From Octopus sinensis (Eukaryota): a stretch of DNA of 64,000 nt. Within the stretch, counting starts at the first letter, position 1. Each line of letters begins with the position of its first letter. Below are positions 24,527 through 37,665 of this stretch, piece by piece. A program made the position numbers and the translations under genes. Below the pieces are notes generated by a model. It saw only the letters and a program-made list of their open reading frames with translations. It searched no databases and was not told where the DNA came from. The DNA lies in contig NC_042997.1 in NCBI RefSeq assembly GCF_006345805.1, positions 199,082,001 through 199,146,000 on the forward strand. The letters are read 5' to 3'.

Positions 24527-25928
24527 CATACACACATGAGCTTCTTTCAGTTTTTGTCCACCAAATCCACACACAAGGCTTTGGTCAGCTTGTGGCTGTA
24601 GTAGGAGATGCTTGTCCAAGGTGCTATGCAGTGGAACTGAACCTGAAATCATGAGATTGAAAAGCAAACTCCTTACCACACAACCATCCCTGCACCTATG
24701 CTGGTGAAGAAAATTTTACCTGTGAATTGGATGGCATCTTCTAGCACAAAGTCCAGAATATCTGAGTGAAGGACAGCTGCACTTTCTGTAATATGGAGAC
24801 AGTACTCTAATACCGAGCGTATTTATATTTTGCACAGGCTTAACAACTGCTTACTACTGACGTATTTTCAAACCTTTTAGAAAATAAAAACTGTCTTTGG
24901 CTTAGAGCTTGAGTATTTTATACAGATATGCAATCATCATGAGAGGATCTCCCTCATTGTGATGTTGGGTCTTTGTAGTGTGTGAATACTTTAACAGTTC
25001 ATATGTAGAGACCATTATCGTCATCATTTAACCCTTTAATGTTCAGATTAATCTGTTAAATGTAATACTTTTTTCACTCAAATTGTTTTGAATTAATCAT
25101 ACATTATATTCAGCTTTGAAGTTTCAATGGTGTGATAGTTTATTCTTAGAATGTCAATGTAGGTTAGGTGTGAGAGGCTAGATATGGCCAGTTTGAATGT
25201 AAAACATGTAAGATATTTGGGCCGGATATGGCTGGCTTAAACACCAAAGAGTTAATGTTTGTTTTCCATGCTGGCATGGACTGAACAATTTGACAGGAGC
25301 CGGCCAGCCAGGGAATTGTACCAGGCACTCCAATTGCCTGTTTTGGGAAGGTTTCTATGGCTGGATGCCCTTCCTAATGCCTACCACTTTACAGTGTGTA
25401 GTGGGAGCTTTTTTAATGTGGCACTGGCATATAGAAAGAAAGAGAGAGGGAAAAATATCATGGGTTTGGCTCTAATCATGCAAATTTTTTTGTGGAAATG
25501 TGCTTCTTTGATATGCTATGAGTGTGTCTTGGGGCAAATGAATTTCATGTTCTCATTGGAAGATGTTTATGAAGTCTTTGTTGAGAGAGTGGCTATGCAT
25601 GTCTGGCAGCAGTTGTCTGTGCTGCATATGGATAATGACTTTTGTGAAACAAGATAAAGAACATTTAAGAGCAGTATTGTCTACTTATGTACTTGTTAGA
25701 TGCAATATGAAATGGGTTTTAGATGTACCAAAGGAAGAGTGTTAGAGATATATCGAAGTATCTGAGTAATAACAATATGGAACACAAGGAATGTTCCTAA
25801 AGACACACTGATATGAAAGTATTATACAAGAAATGAGGAGGAGATATAGTCTAGAATCAGGTAACTTTAAGAATTCTGTGATACTACCTTTAGTATGAGA
25901 ACTTCAAAGTTGTTCAAATATGGTTTCT

Positions 25929-26341
25929 ATACTCTTTTACTCTTTCACTTGTTTCAGTCATTTGACTGCGGCCATGCTGGAGCACCACCTTTAGTCGAGC
26001 AAATCGACCCCCAGGACTTTATTCTTTGTAAGCCTAGTACTTATTCTATCTCTTCTCTTCTGGAAACTGCTAAGTTACGGGGATCTAAACACATCAGCAT
26101 CGGTTGTCAAGCGATGTTGGAGGACAAACAAAGACACACAAACACATATATATATATATGTACATATATACGACAGGCTTCTTTTAGTTTCTGTCTATTA
26201 AATCCACTCACGAGGCTTTGGTCGGCCCGTGGCTATAGTAGAAGATACTTGTCCAAGGTGTCACGCAGTGGGAATGACTGAACTCAGAACCATGTGGTTG
26301 GTAAGCAAGCTACTTCTTACCACACAGCCACTCCTGTGCCT
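25929..26341 (-). mobile_element. SINE family A, full length
   Basis: Reverse complement of family A. Confidence 0.85.
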
Positions 26342-26499
26342 ATATCTATAACATTCTGTTAAATTATGTACAAAAGTGATGAAGATAGCATAAATAGGTC
26401 AGAATCTGTAGTAAATAATGAAGAATTTAGAGTAAAATAAAGAGTCAACTTTATCTCCTTTTCTTTTCTGTGCATTCTAGTGTTTGACATAAAGTTCAA

Positions 26500-27270
26500 A
26501 ACTGGGTCTTTCTATATGCCAATAACCTGTCTGCACTGTAGAATATGCTGAGGAATTGCAGGGGTTCTTAACATAAGCTTTGTTCAAAAAGATGTGAATT
26601 TATATTTTAAAAGGAGAAATAGAGGATGAAAAAAAAAAAACCACAGTGGCATATGAAAAGTAGATTGATCAATAAGCAGGAAATCCATAATATGTTGTCA
26701 AGGCAAATAATGGCAACTCAAAAAGATACAGCAGGATATCTGGGAGACTGGAAAATAGAAATTTAGGTATGCCAGATGCATCGGAGTAGTTAAAAGCATG
26801 AATAGCCATGCACTGAAGACTATAGTATGCTAATAAAGCTAGCATGAAATAGTAATTTTTGAAGTAAATTACGTTACTAATATGATATAACCAATGACAG
26901 AAAAGAGCGATTTATAGCATGGCTGCCATGATTTTTCTGTGAACTCTTCCTTTCATTTGCATCAAAGAAATTATCTTTACATAAAGGAGGTAGGTTGTAT
27001 GTAGTATTTGTTAATAGTGGACATTAAAACATGGACAGTGAATGTAGAGAATCAGCAGCTATCGGGAAATAAATGATGTGCAGTTTTATAATGCAAGAAA
27101 ATGTGAGCATAATTCAATTGAAAAAGCGACTTGCATTTAATATTGGGTGATATGGACACTGATATGATAGTCTAATGGGAAGAAGTATAGATACAGTCTG
27201 GGAAAAAAATGTTGGAAAATGGAAAGCATGCAAAGAAGGAAAATTTAGGAAGCTAACTTTTACTTGGAAG
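26500..27270 (+). mobile_element. Heavily decayed RTE-type LINE 3' region
   Basis: KTWTVNVENQQL (about 27026) and *YGH (about 27149) parallel ETWAVTAEDMRKL and RWYGH in the 46.6-kb RTE. Confidence 0.45.
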
Positions 27271-27407
27271 TAACTAAGAACACATGATTTCATAAATAAG
27301 AACTGTAGGACTAAACTGCAATATTGTAGGTTTAATACTGAGAGCCATTACATAGCAGGTCCAATCTGAATCCATATTGAGAAAAGCATGTTGAAATAGT
27401 AATAATA

Positions 27408-27440
<33 letters not shown>

Positions 27441-29252
27441 ACAATAATATTATCTTTGATCGAAAATAGCAGGTCCGATCTGAATGCACATTGAGTAAAG
27501 ATGTTGAAATAGTAATTATAATAATAATAATAATAATAATAACAATAACAATAACATTAATATTGTTATCTTTGATCGAAAAATTTTATCTGGAAAATTA
27601 TACATAACGACAAGGATTACTGTTCTTTAGGATTATATTATTATTTTGTTGGACTATTTAAATATGATATAAATGGAGATTTATGATAACCTTTAAGATA
27701 TTAAGTCTTTCTTAAGAAATAATCACATCATCTCTATTGTATAATCACATCATAACTAGGAATTGTATAGAATATTGTAACTTGACTTCTAGCTATTAAA
27801 ATACAAGTTATATTGGACAATTTTTTTTCCTTCCTGCTATAGATTTTATAGATACAATTTCATTCTCAATCGTAATCTGCATCCTTTAATGATATGCGAC
27901 GTCCTTTTTGTATGCTTACTTTTCTAATGACTCAACAAACCGTTTTATTTGCTCTGTACTTGACATTTCAAAATAGATTAATAAATTATTTCCAGCCATA
28001 ATCAGAAGCAAATAAGCCTCAAATATTTTGACATCTGTTATCAGATATATGTAAACTAGAATAGTCTTTTATTTACAGTATCATAATGGAATTGTCCACA
28101 AAATAAATCATTTCAAGATCATGTTCTTCAACATTTACATTTATTGTTCTATAAAAAAAAAAATACATTTCCCAGAGTGGCATATTAAAAATCTTATCTT
28201 CTTTAAATCTATAGATTTATCTTAAGTTAGTTTTCATATTTCATTTACATTATATTATAATTACATTGTATATTAACAAGTATTTGAACTTCAAAGAAGA
28301 GCACTGTTGATGTTTGCTTGATAAAAGACAAATACTGCAATGAAATAGTTTGCAAATAATAGTATATGTTATAATTCGATGCTTATTTACCAAAGAAAGC
28401 AGTATCCACTTATTTAATGCAAAAGTTATCAAAGCCATTAACTGATAAAAATAAATCTAAAGGACTCAGAATACAACATATGTTGATAAAAAAAAAACAT
28501 TGCAATGACTAAGATAGAATAAACTTAGATTATTGAATCTATATGTAAAATTAATAATGATACTGAGGTTTTATGAGGTTTTCTTATCTGCTTTTAATAC
28601 AAATATTCATGGAAAAACTTTTTTTGCAATAATAGAATAGTTTCATTTTTCAGTAGTAGTATTTTTTTGTTAGATTGCCAAAAATATCAAATATATTTAC
28701 AAATTCTCTCTTTGCTTTATTAATATAGGGAAACAAATCTTCAGATAGCATGTTGTTTTTAATTATATCACTTTCTTCTCTGACAGATATTTCTTCATAA
28801 ATTTTTAAGCTGTTATTTTACATTTCTATTATTTACAATTACTGAATGACACTTCAAACCAGAACATCAAAGGATGGGAATTAGTATTTGACAAGAATAT
28901 ATGCAAATGATCAGTGATTCTTAATTTGCCACTGACCAAAGTATTGAACACTTAATGACCATGCTCATCTGCCAGTTAGTAGGCACTACAGAGTTAAGTA
29001 TTAACAGCTCTGTATAATTGACATATGATTTCCTGGATTGCAGTTCATATTTAAACTCCCCTGGTGAGAAAAAAATTCCCTTTTTTAAAAAGAGATATGT
29101 TAATCACTGGGTCAAAAAACTCCTACCAAAACAGGATATTTTCCGAAACAACCATTGTATATAGATCACAAAATATTTTGAGAATGGAAAAGATGTAGAG
29201 TAAAAGCAGGGACTGACATCAGATTGAGGAAAACTGAAGGTTTGTTGATTAT

Positions 29253-29431
29253 ATACTCTTTTACTTGTTTCAGTCATTTGACTGTGGCCATGCTGGAGCA
29301 CCGCCTTTAGTCAAGCAAATCGATCCCAGGACTTATTCTTTGGAAGCCTAGTACTTATTCTATTGGTCTCTTTTGCTGAACTGCTGAGTTACGGTGACAT
29401 AAACACACCACAAACACAGAAACACAAACAT

Positions 29432-29483
<52 letters not shown>

Positions 29484-29634
29484 GACAGGCTTCTTTTCAG
29501 TTTCTATCTACCAATCCACTCACGAGGCTTTGGTCGGCGCGAGCCCATAGTAGAAGAAACTTGCCCAAGGTGCCACACAGTGGGAATGAACCCGGAACCA
29601 TGTGGTTTGTAAGCAAGCTACTTACCACACAGCC
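29253..29634 (-). mobile_element. SINE family A
   Basis: Reverse complement of family A. Confidence 0.85.
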
Positions 29635-30038
29635 ATGAATAACTTTCTTGCAGATACAATCTAATCTGAAGATTTACTATTGTGGTCAAGAGCACAATAT
29701 TGCATACAGAACATTATGACATGCTTAGAAATAAAATCATGTCTTTCAAAACACAGCTTTGGCAATGTTAGCAATAAAAGCTTTGAGAGATATCACTACA
29801 TATGTAGCATATATAGTAAGGTCACTCTTGTATTGTGAAATTATTTTAAGGTTTTAGATCACTACTAAAGGATATGGTCAGAATTTTCACTCATAGACCA
29901 AACAGTTTCTTGCATAAATATGGAATAAGAAGATTATGGAAGAGGTATGCTATAAATAGTTTCTTTACTAAATTCTATTTAAAAACAGTATAAAGTTGGA
30001 TTTTACGACCACAAGAAACTTTTGTTCAAATATATATT

Positions 30039-30084
<46 letters not shown>

Positions 30085-30144
30085 CCCATACATATATATA
30101 TATATATATATTATATATATACATATACATACATATATATATAT

Positions 30145-30177
<33 letters not shown>

Positions 30178-31204
30178 CATATGGCTAATTTCTGATCTTC
30201 TATACAGTCAATCAACTAGGAAGTTACATTGTATTAACTATTAAAGCATTGACAAGTTGGTTCGGTAATGTTGATTCAATGGATGTAGAATCAATTTTAA
30301 TCTTCATTGGAAATTTTACATTCTTTTATTCTTTGAATCAACGAATGAAGGAATAATGGATCATAATTGATAAATAAGAGAGAATTTACAATATAACATT
30401 TTAGTTGTTTCAATGCATTTTGTTCTTTTGCCTCACCTACTTTTAAAATCTATAATCTAATTTTTGTATGATGTATAATTCAAAAATATAATGGAATTTC
30501 TTTGGAAATTTAAAGTACTATTTTAATATTTTATTTGCTGCAATTCTTTGAAAAAAAACTGCTTTTCGTTTATACAATGAAAAATACCTGTTCAAAGAGT
30601 TAATTATTTGAAAACATTATTCCTTCCAAACGTCTACAGATTCGTTTATAATTTCGTTAGCTAATATCAAGTTTCAATTTTTCTTTAAGTTTTCACTTAA
30701 TTTAATTATTAAGATACATTGTGTTTAATAAAACAAATGTTTCTCTCTTACAAAATAAGAATCATATTACTATAAATGATTTTGTTTGTATTTGTATAGA
30801 TATGATATAGCAGTTGTATTACAAATGATATTATAAAGAAAACTATATAACTATATAACTAATCTAGAGTTTGATGTCAGGTTTGGCGAATGGATTCTGT
30901 GGTACAGTAATATTTCAAAATATATATTTTCATGTTCATCTCCCAAGAAGAAAATCAAAATTTGCTGCTAACTCAAATATATAATAATGTTAATGGATAT
31001 AGAAGTGGATTGATAAATAAATAATTTTTCTTTAATTTATGAAGACCCGACAAATAACGTGAGTTCATGGCTGTTTCCTGCACCAGTTTCACATAGAAGC
31101 CCCAGCCCATCCAAAGTGCCTGGATTGCAGGATGGCCTGCTGTGCTTACCTTGGATTGTAGGGTAACTTGCTGTGCTTGAGTCAAGTACATCAACATCAA
31201 AAAA

Positions 31205-31510
31205 TCAAATGGAAATTGTAGTAAAAAGAACCATCCGAACGTGGCCGATGCCAGCAGCGCCTTGACTGGCTTCCTTGCCAGTGGCATGTAAAAAGCACCA
31301 ACTGACTGTAGCTGTTGCCAGCCTCCCCTGGCACCTGTGCTGGTGGCACGTAAAAATCACCCACTGCACTCGTGGAGTGGTTGGTGTTAGGAAAGGCATC
31401 CAGCTGTAGAAACACCGCCAGATCAGACTGGAGCCTGGTGCAGCCTCCTGGCTTCCCAGACCCTGGTTGAACCGTCCAACCCATGCCAGCATGGAAAACG
31501 GACGTTATAT
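31205..31510 (+). mobile_element. Short copy of the RTE LINE 3' end
   Basis: Matches about 49700-49985. Confidence 0.8.
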
Positions 31511-33076
31511 ATATATAGAAACATAGTTTATTGTATAATTTCAAATAACAGTATTTTTAAGGTTTATAGAAATTCAACCTTAATAAAAAAATGTGTTTCC
31601 ATTTACTTCATTAGATTATGGGAAAATCTGACCCCCTAATCCCAGAAACACTAAGTACTAAACTAGATACTGTAAACTATCCTGTGCTTTACACCTTTTC
31701 AAAATGTAATGCTACAATAAGATAGAATAAGTACTAGGATTACAAAGAATAAGTCCTGGGGTCAATTTGATCGACTAAAGGTGGTGCTCCAGCATGGCCA
31801 CAGTCAAATGACTGAAACAAGTAAAAGAGTAAAAAAGTAAACAGAAAAAGAAAACCTATGTAAATATTTTAATTTTATAAATTTTATAAATTGAAGAAAA
31901 CTGTAAAAAGTTAACCTATTTCAGAGACGTGATCAATGTTATTTTATTCATTCTGATCTCTTAATGAGATTAAGTATTTCAAGAATTAATTAAGAAAAAA
32001 AGAAGAAACCTTTCAAGAAGAAGAATAATTGTTTTATGTAACGTTTCTGGTACTTTGAAATCATTATGTTTACTATTTGTGAATTTTACTTTAAGCAAAA
32101 CAGACTTTCTATTGTTCTATTCTTCTGTAGAAAGCATTTTGATGATTATAAACAAGCTGAAATTGCTGCATATATAAAATATGCAAGGTGGTTTAAAAAA
32201 ACGAAAAAGTAAAAAGATTTATTAACTATAAAACGAAAATATTCCTTCCGAGCTATCTAAATTATCAAAGAATTAAGTATTCTACTATTGGGAATTTTTG
32301 TTAGTTAATAATTCTAAAATAAACATATAAAAGTCATTGCAATTACTGAAAGCAGTAAAATATAACGAATGTTCTTCTTTCAAATCAGATCCTTTTGAAA
32401 TAACCCATGTATTTGCAAGTCGATATTTAGTGGAATATGTGCTGTCATCCTCGAACCAATCAAAATATGAATTGGTATGACAATTCAATCTGATAAAAAG
32501 AAATGAGTTACTTGGACTGCATATTTAATCAAGTAATAGTGTATCAATGTAAGAGTGTATATATTCACATATATATATATATATGTGTGTGTGTGTATGA
32601 TGTACATTCGCAGAGTTATTTTAAGCATTTATATTCACTTTGTAGCTCTGACATTAATTAGCCAACTAATTATTTTTGTAATACATTTGTATTCACAATT
32701 TCTACCAACATGGGTTAGATGAGTGTGCAAATTTTGTAGTTTGCATAAGAATTGTAGAAGCAAATGTTTTTACAGTTTAATGCACTTGTAAGCACTAATT
32801 ACTCAGCTATGTAATGAACATATTGATATCAAAGTATTGGTGTATACTCATCTAGATGGTCTATGCTGAATGATGTGCCTTTCATAACTGCTGAGCAAAG
32901 ATGTTGAGCAATTTGGAATTGTGTTCTTACAAACTGTAGTCCAAGAATTTATCTTCGCAGTTAAATATTCACTTTGGTATTCTAAATCATATCATAACAA
33001 ATGTATTATTGTGGTGATATCATTATGGTTCTTTACACTAATATAGAGCCAGTGATTTTATAGGAACACGTTGGGA

Positions 33077-33476
33077 TACTCTCTCTTTACTCTTTTACTT
33101 GTTTCAGTCATTTGACTGTGGCCATGCAGGAGCACCGCCTATAGTCGAGCAAATCGACCCCAGGACTTATTCCTTGTAAGCCTAGTACTTATTTTATCGG
33201 TCTCTTTTGCCGGACCACTAAGCTACGGGGACGTAAACACACCGGCATCGTTTGTTAAGCGATGTTGGGGGACAAACACACAAACATATACACACACATA
33301 CATATATATACATATATATGATGGGCTTCTTTCAGTTTCCGTCTACTAAATCCACTCATAAGGCTTTGGTTGGCCCGAGTCTATAGTAGAAGACATATGC
33401 CCAAGGTGCCATGCAGTGGACTGAATTCGGAACCATGTGGTTTGTAAGCAAGCTACTTACCACACAGTCACTCCTA
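33077..33476 (-). mobile_element. SINE family A, full length
   Basis: Reverse complement of family A. Confidence 0.85.
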
Positions 33477-34069
33477 GGCATTTTCTCTAGATCAGTGGTG
33501 ATACAGGTGACATATAATGGTTTCCTGCAGAATATTGAAATCAGGCTATGAACTTGGTTTACTCAGAAGACAGCTTTGCACTAAGCCTCTCACAATACTA
33601 TGATAACAAGATTAACAACAATTCATGATAAAATTAACTTCTTGTACTGTTGTGTAATGTTCTGATGATACAATGAGTCTGAAGATATAACAGATAAGTT
33701 ACTGTTAACATATTCTGTGTAGGGAGGATTAAAAAGCTAACTGAAAACAATTGTGGTTTGAAAAAAAATACAAGAACAATATTAGTTAATCATTAATATC
33801 ATTTTCATTTTACACCAATTACAGGAGATAATTTTTCACTATGTTTGGGTTTTAGAATAGCATTTTTGATTGAATTATTTATTATGTAATGAAATAAAGC
33901 TTTAAATGATTTTTTTATGAGTTTGGCAACAAAGAAGAGGCACATCCATATTGTTTGCAGATTTTACCTGAATTAGTAAATGGATACAGGTGATGTTCAA
34001 TTTAAACGTCTGTAAATCAACATCTATAGGAAAAAATGAGGACAGGATAGATAAAATAATAATAATAAT

Positions 34070-34620
34070 AATGAAATTATTGTATACAGTGCTCAGGTGC
34101 ACCACAACTTGTCAGAGTATATGCAGTAATGTACAAATGTCTGGAAAGTAAACTGTGTATGAGTCAGATACATGCTCATGTGTGTATGGAGGGGAGAAAA
34201 TCAGGCGTAGTGTTGGCGGATCTCAGGAAGCATGGAAATTTTGAAGGATGCAGTGCTCCGACAACTAACAACTGATGCCGGCAGTTTGTTCCATGCTTCA
34301 GCAATTGGTGAGAAATATTGTGCAAAAGTGTAGTAGATTTAGAGTAAGTTTACTGCAGGAATAATGATAAGGTAGATCGGAGTTTGAGATGAAAGGAGTA
34401 TGAAACTTGTTAGTTTAGAGGAAGAGAGACAGTTAGAGAGGAAATAGAAGAGACAGAGAGGAAACAACAAATCAGCAAGTGATTGATGGGTGAGTCTTTG
34501 CAAATCAGCCAGATGGCTTTCTTTTGGATACAGTTCAAGTTGTTTGCATGTCTGTAAAAGTACTGTCCTATATCTGGGACCGTATTCCTGCAGACATGCA
34601 AGCAACCTGGTCAGTGAGGG
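34070..34620 (-). mobile_element. CR1-type LINE 3' end
   Basis: The 3' part is homologous to 5225-5470; minus translation includes CIQKKAIWLI. Confidence 0.7.
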
Positions 34621-34869
34621 TCAATTAATGCAGCTGGGTGCACCAAATTTACATAAAATACTTTGCAGTTGAAAGAAAGTTATTTATGTGAGTCCAGTTG
34701 TGTATAAACTAAAAGAGTTTTAGTTTAGACACAACTAGACACACATTCTTTATTATGATGTTTGTAATTTTCAAAAGGATAAATATGCATATCCGTATTT
34801 GTTCTCTGCTACTTCCTTCATCAAGTCCTCTGTAATATTAATTTTTTGTTTATACTTCTTGCACTGAGG

Positions 34870-35200
34870 AGAACATCATCATCATCATCGTTTAACGTCC
34901 GCTTTCCATGCTAGCATGGGTTGGACGAATGACTGAGCGCTGGCGAACCAGATAGCTGCACCAGGCTCCAATCTTGATTTGATGGAGTTTCTACAGCTGG
35001 ATGCCCTTCCTAACACCAACCACTCTGAGAGTGTAGTGGGTGCTTTTACATGCCACCCACACGGGGGCCAGTCACACGGTACTGGCAATGACCTCGCTCG
35101 AATCTTTTTACACATGCCACCAGCACAGGTGCCAGTAAGGCGACGTTGGTAACGATCACGCTCGAATGGTGCCCTTTTACGTGCCACTGGCATGGAAGCC
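34870..35200 (-). mobile_element. Short copy of the RTE LINE 3' end
   Basis: (CAT)n-cgtttaacgtccgctttccatgc start, i.e. the reverse complement of the RTE tail. Confidence 0.8.
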
Positions 35201-35594
35201 AGGGATATGTAATTAATTTAATTTAATCGTTCTGCCATGAATTTACATGTTGATATTGCTGTTTGAAATGCATTTATTAAAATTCTTTCAAATTTTAACA
35301 TCTTCTCTTCTCCATTTTTAACAGATTTGTTGAGTTCTATGGGATACCTTTCCATAAATTCACATAACACACCATACACAAGTATTATTTTCATATTCGC
35401 AAACTTACGCCAGTAAGCTACCAGCAAAATATGAAGAATCTTTCTTAGAAATCGCTTTTTTGGAACCCTTCAAAGTAAAGGATGAAATATAATTCAACCT
35501 TTTCACATATATGTGTGTGTGTGTGCAGATTTGTATGTTTTATGTATGTATTCTCATACATATAGGTGTATATCTAGACATGTTCATATATATT

Positions 35595-36030
35595 TAAATA
35601 ATAAACTTCAGGAAATTTTTACAGATTTTTACAGTTCCAGTGATGGATTGGATCTGCAGTCTTCGAAATAGCTTTCACATTTCTGGTTTTGAGAATCCTA
35701 ATTTCTCAAGATTGGTATTTAAGCGGTGTGTTTCATATCCCAGTGCCCCGATAATTACAAGTATAAACCTGAACTTGTAATTTGGGTACAGTAACTGCGA
35801 ACTTCAGCTTTATGTTAACATTCGCTGTGCAGCTAATTTCCACAACTGTACACAGTTTCTCTTCTCTATCCCAAATCATTATATCAGGTCCGTTGTGCTT
35901 ACATTTTATTGAGGTCTTCACTGGTGCATTCCACCAGTATTCCTTTTTATTATGAGTGGCTATGGCTTCTGCCATATTGTGGGTTCTTATTTCTTTGTTC
36001 TTGGGATTATCCTTCCGACAGATTTCATTA
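35595..36030 (-). mobile_element. R4/Dong-like non-LTR retrotransposon 3' fragment (restriction-like endonuclease)
   Basis: YWWNAPVKT...HNGPDIMIWDREEKLCTVVEISC matches the RLE motif hNrPDi...D...k.c.i.evs. Confidence 0.7.
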
Positions 36031-36796
36031 TAGAGTATATAGATGTATGTATGTATGCATTTGTGTGTGTCTGTGTGTGTTTGTTTTGTATGTTTGTTTG
36101 TTTGTTTGTCTTTATGTCTGTGTTTCTACCCCATCATGACTGGATAACCTGTGTTGGTGTGATAACATCCTTGTAACTTAGCACTTCAGTAAAAGAGATT
36201 GATAGAATAAGTAAAGGGCTTAAAAAAAAATAAGCACTAGGTTCAATTCATTCAATTAAAATTCTTCGGAGTGGTGCCCCAGCCTGGCCACAGTCTAATA
36301 ACTGAAACAAGTAAAAGATAAAAGCTGTGGTGAACAAATTACAATTGTTGACAAAGTGGTTTCCATGGAAACAAATGCCAAATAAAACTTAGTTGGTAAA
36401 GAAAGGAAAATTGATTAGAGCTTGGATCTAAAGTGGTTTCAATAATGCTCAACCGGAATTATATGGATCTCAATGATGAACATATTTAAAGTAGCAATAT
36501 GCATTTGGTAAGGATCGTGACAAGAATGGAAGAGATGAAGCAAAGAATTATCACACAATCAAAAGAATTATCAATTAAACAACTCAATTAAGAATTTCAT
36601 AGAACTGGATTGAAAGCAGACGATAATGGATGTAAAGTACTGCCATGTCAGAAAATGATTTGAAAATGCATTTAACTTCAGTGTCATGCACCAAGAGAAG
36701 AAGAAGAAAAAAATGCAATGAACGGACATGTTACCAGATTTAAAAATACTAAGATATATATGTGTGTGTGTGTGTGTGTGTATATATGTGCTTGTA

Positions 36797-36842
<46 letters not shown>

Positions 36843-36933
36843 GGTAAACAGTAAAAATAATTACAGACGTGGACAAGAACATGAAACACCACAGAGACGA
36901 CACAAGAACCACAGGACGGGACATTCGAAGCCC

Positions 36934-36995
36934 TCAGTCATCAGTCAAGAACCAGATCATCTTAGCAATTTCGGCTGATTAATCTTGAGATTGCT
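36934..36995 (-). ncRNA. Candidate hammerhead ribozyme with non-canonical segment order (copy L)
   Basis: AGCAAU-C-UCAAGA-uuaa-UCAG-CC-GAA-AUUGCU-13nt-UCUUGA-CUGAUGA-CUGA: perfect 6-bp stems I and III around an intact core; stem II imperfect. Confidence 0.55.
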
Positions 36996-37665
36996 CCGAT
37001 ATGGCCAGCCCGCCAAGGGAAATCTAAGCCAAGCGCATTAGATCCCCTGGAAGAAAGCTTCGAATGTATACAACACGAGGACGGAAAACGAACGAAGTAC
37101 ACGAACAAAAATACAGAATATGTGACACCAATAAGAATACAAAATCGTAAAAACAATAACGGTAAAAATAAAAAATAAACAACAAAACAAAACCAGGACG
37201 TAGGACAAGGGTCTTTCGACAGGACGAGTTGAGTATGGGGCTGGCTTGTGAAGTTGTGCCTAATGGCCGCAGGGAGACGAACAAATACGTGTTGCTTCTG
37301 CGACTGCTGGAACGAAAAGAGCGCTCAACAGCGGCTAGCGGTCACGTGAGAACAAAAGACAGGAGAAAGGGACAGATGAAAAGAGAGAGAAGGTGGACGA
37401 GGGAGGAGAAGAAAGAGACAGATCGAGGGGGCTGGAGGTGAGAGAGATAGAGAAACGTAGAAGGGGGGGGAAGATGGATGGAGAGGGAAAGAAAGGAAGG
37501 GGAATAAGGGAGGAGAGAGAGAGAGAGAAAGAGACAGATTAAGAGTCGTATCAATGCTAGAGAAAAAATATATAGGTAAACAGTAAAAATAATTACAGAC
37601 GTGGACAAGAACATGAAACACCACAGAGACGGCACAAGAACCACAGGACGGGACATTCGAAGCCC

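Noticed and set aside
28600-28960. Protein-like minus-strand open stretches (LMFWFEVSFSNCK; KIYEEISVREESD...)
   Set aside because: They are interrupted by adjacent stops, have weak acceptors, and are compatible with chance in about 70 percent AT DNA.
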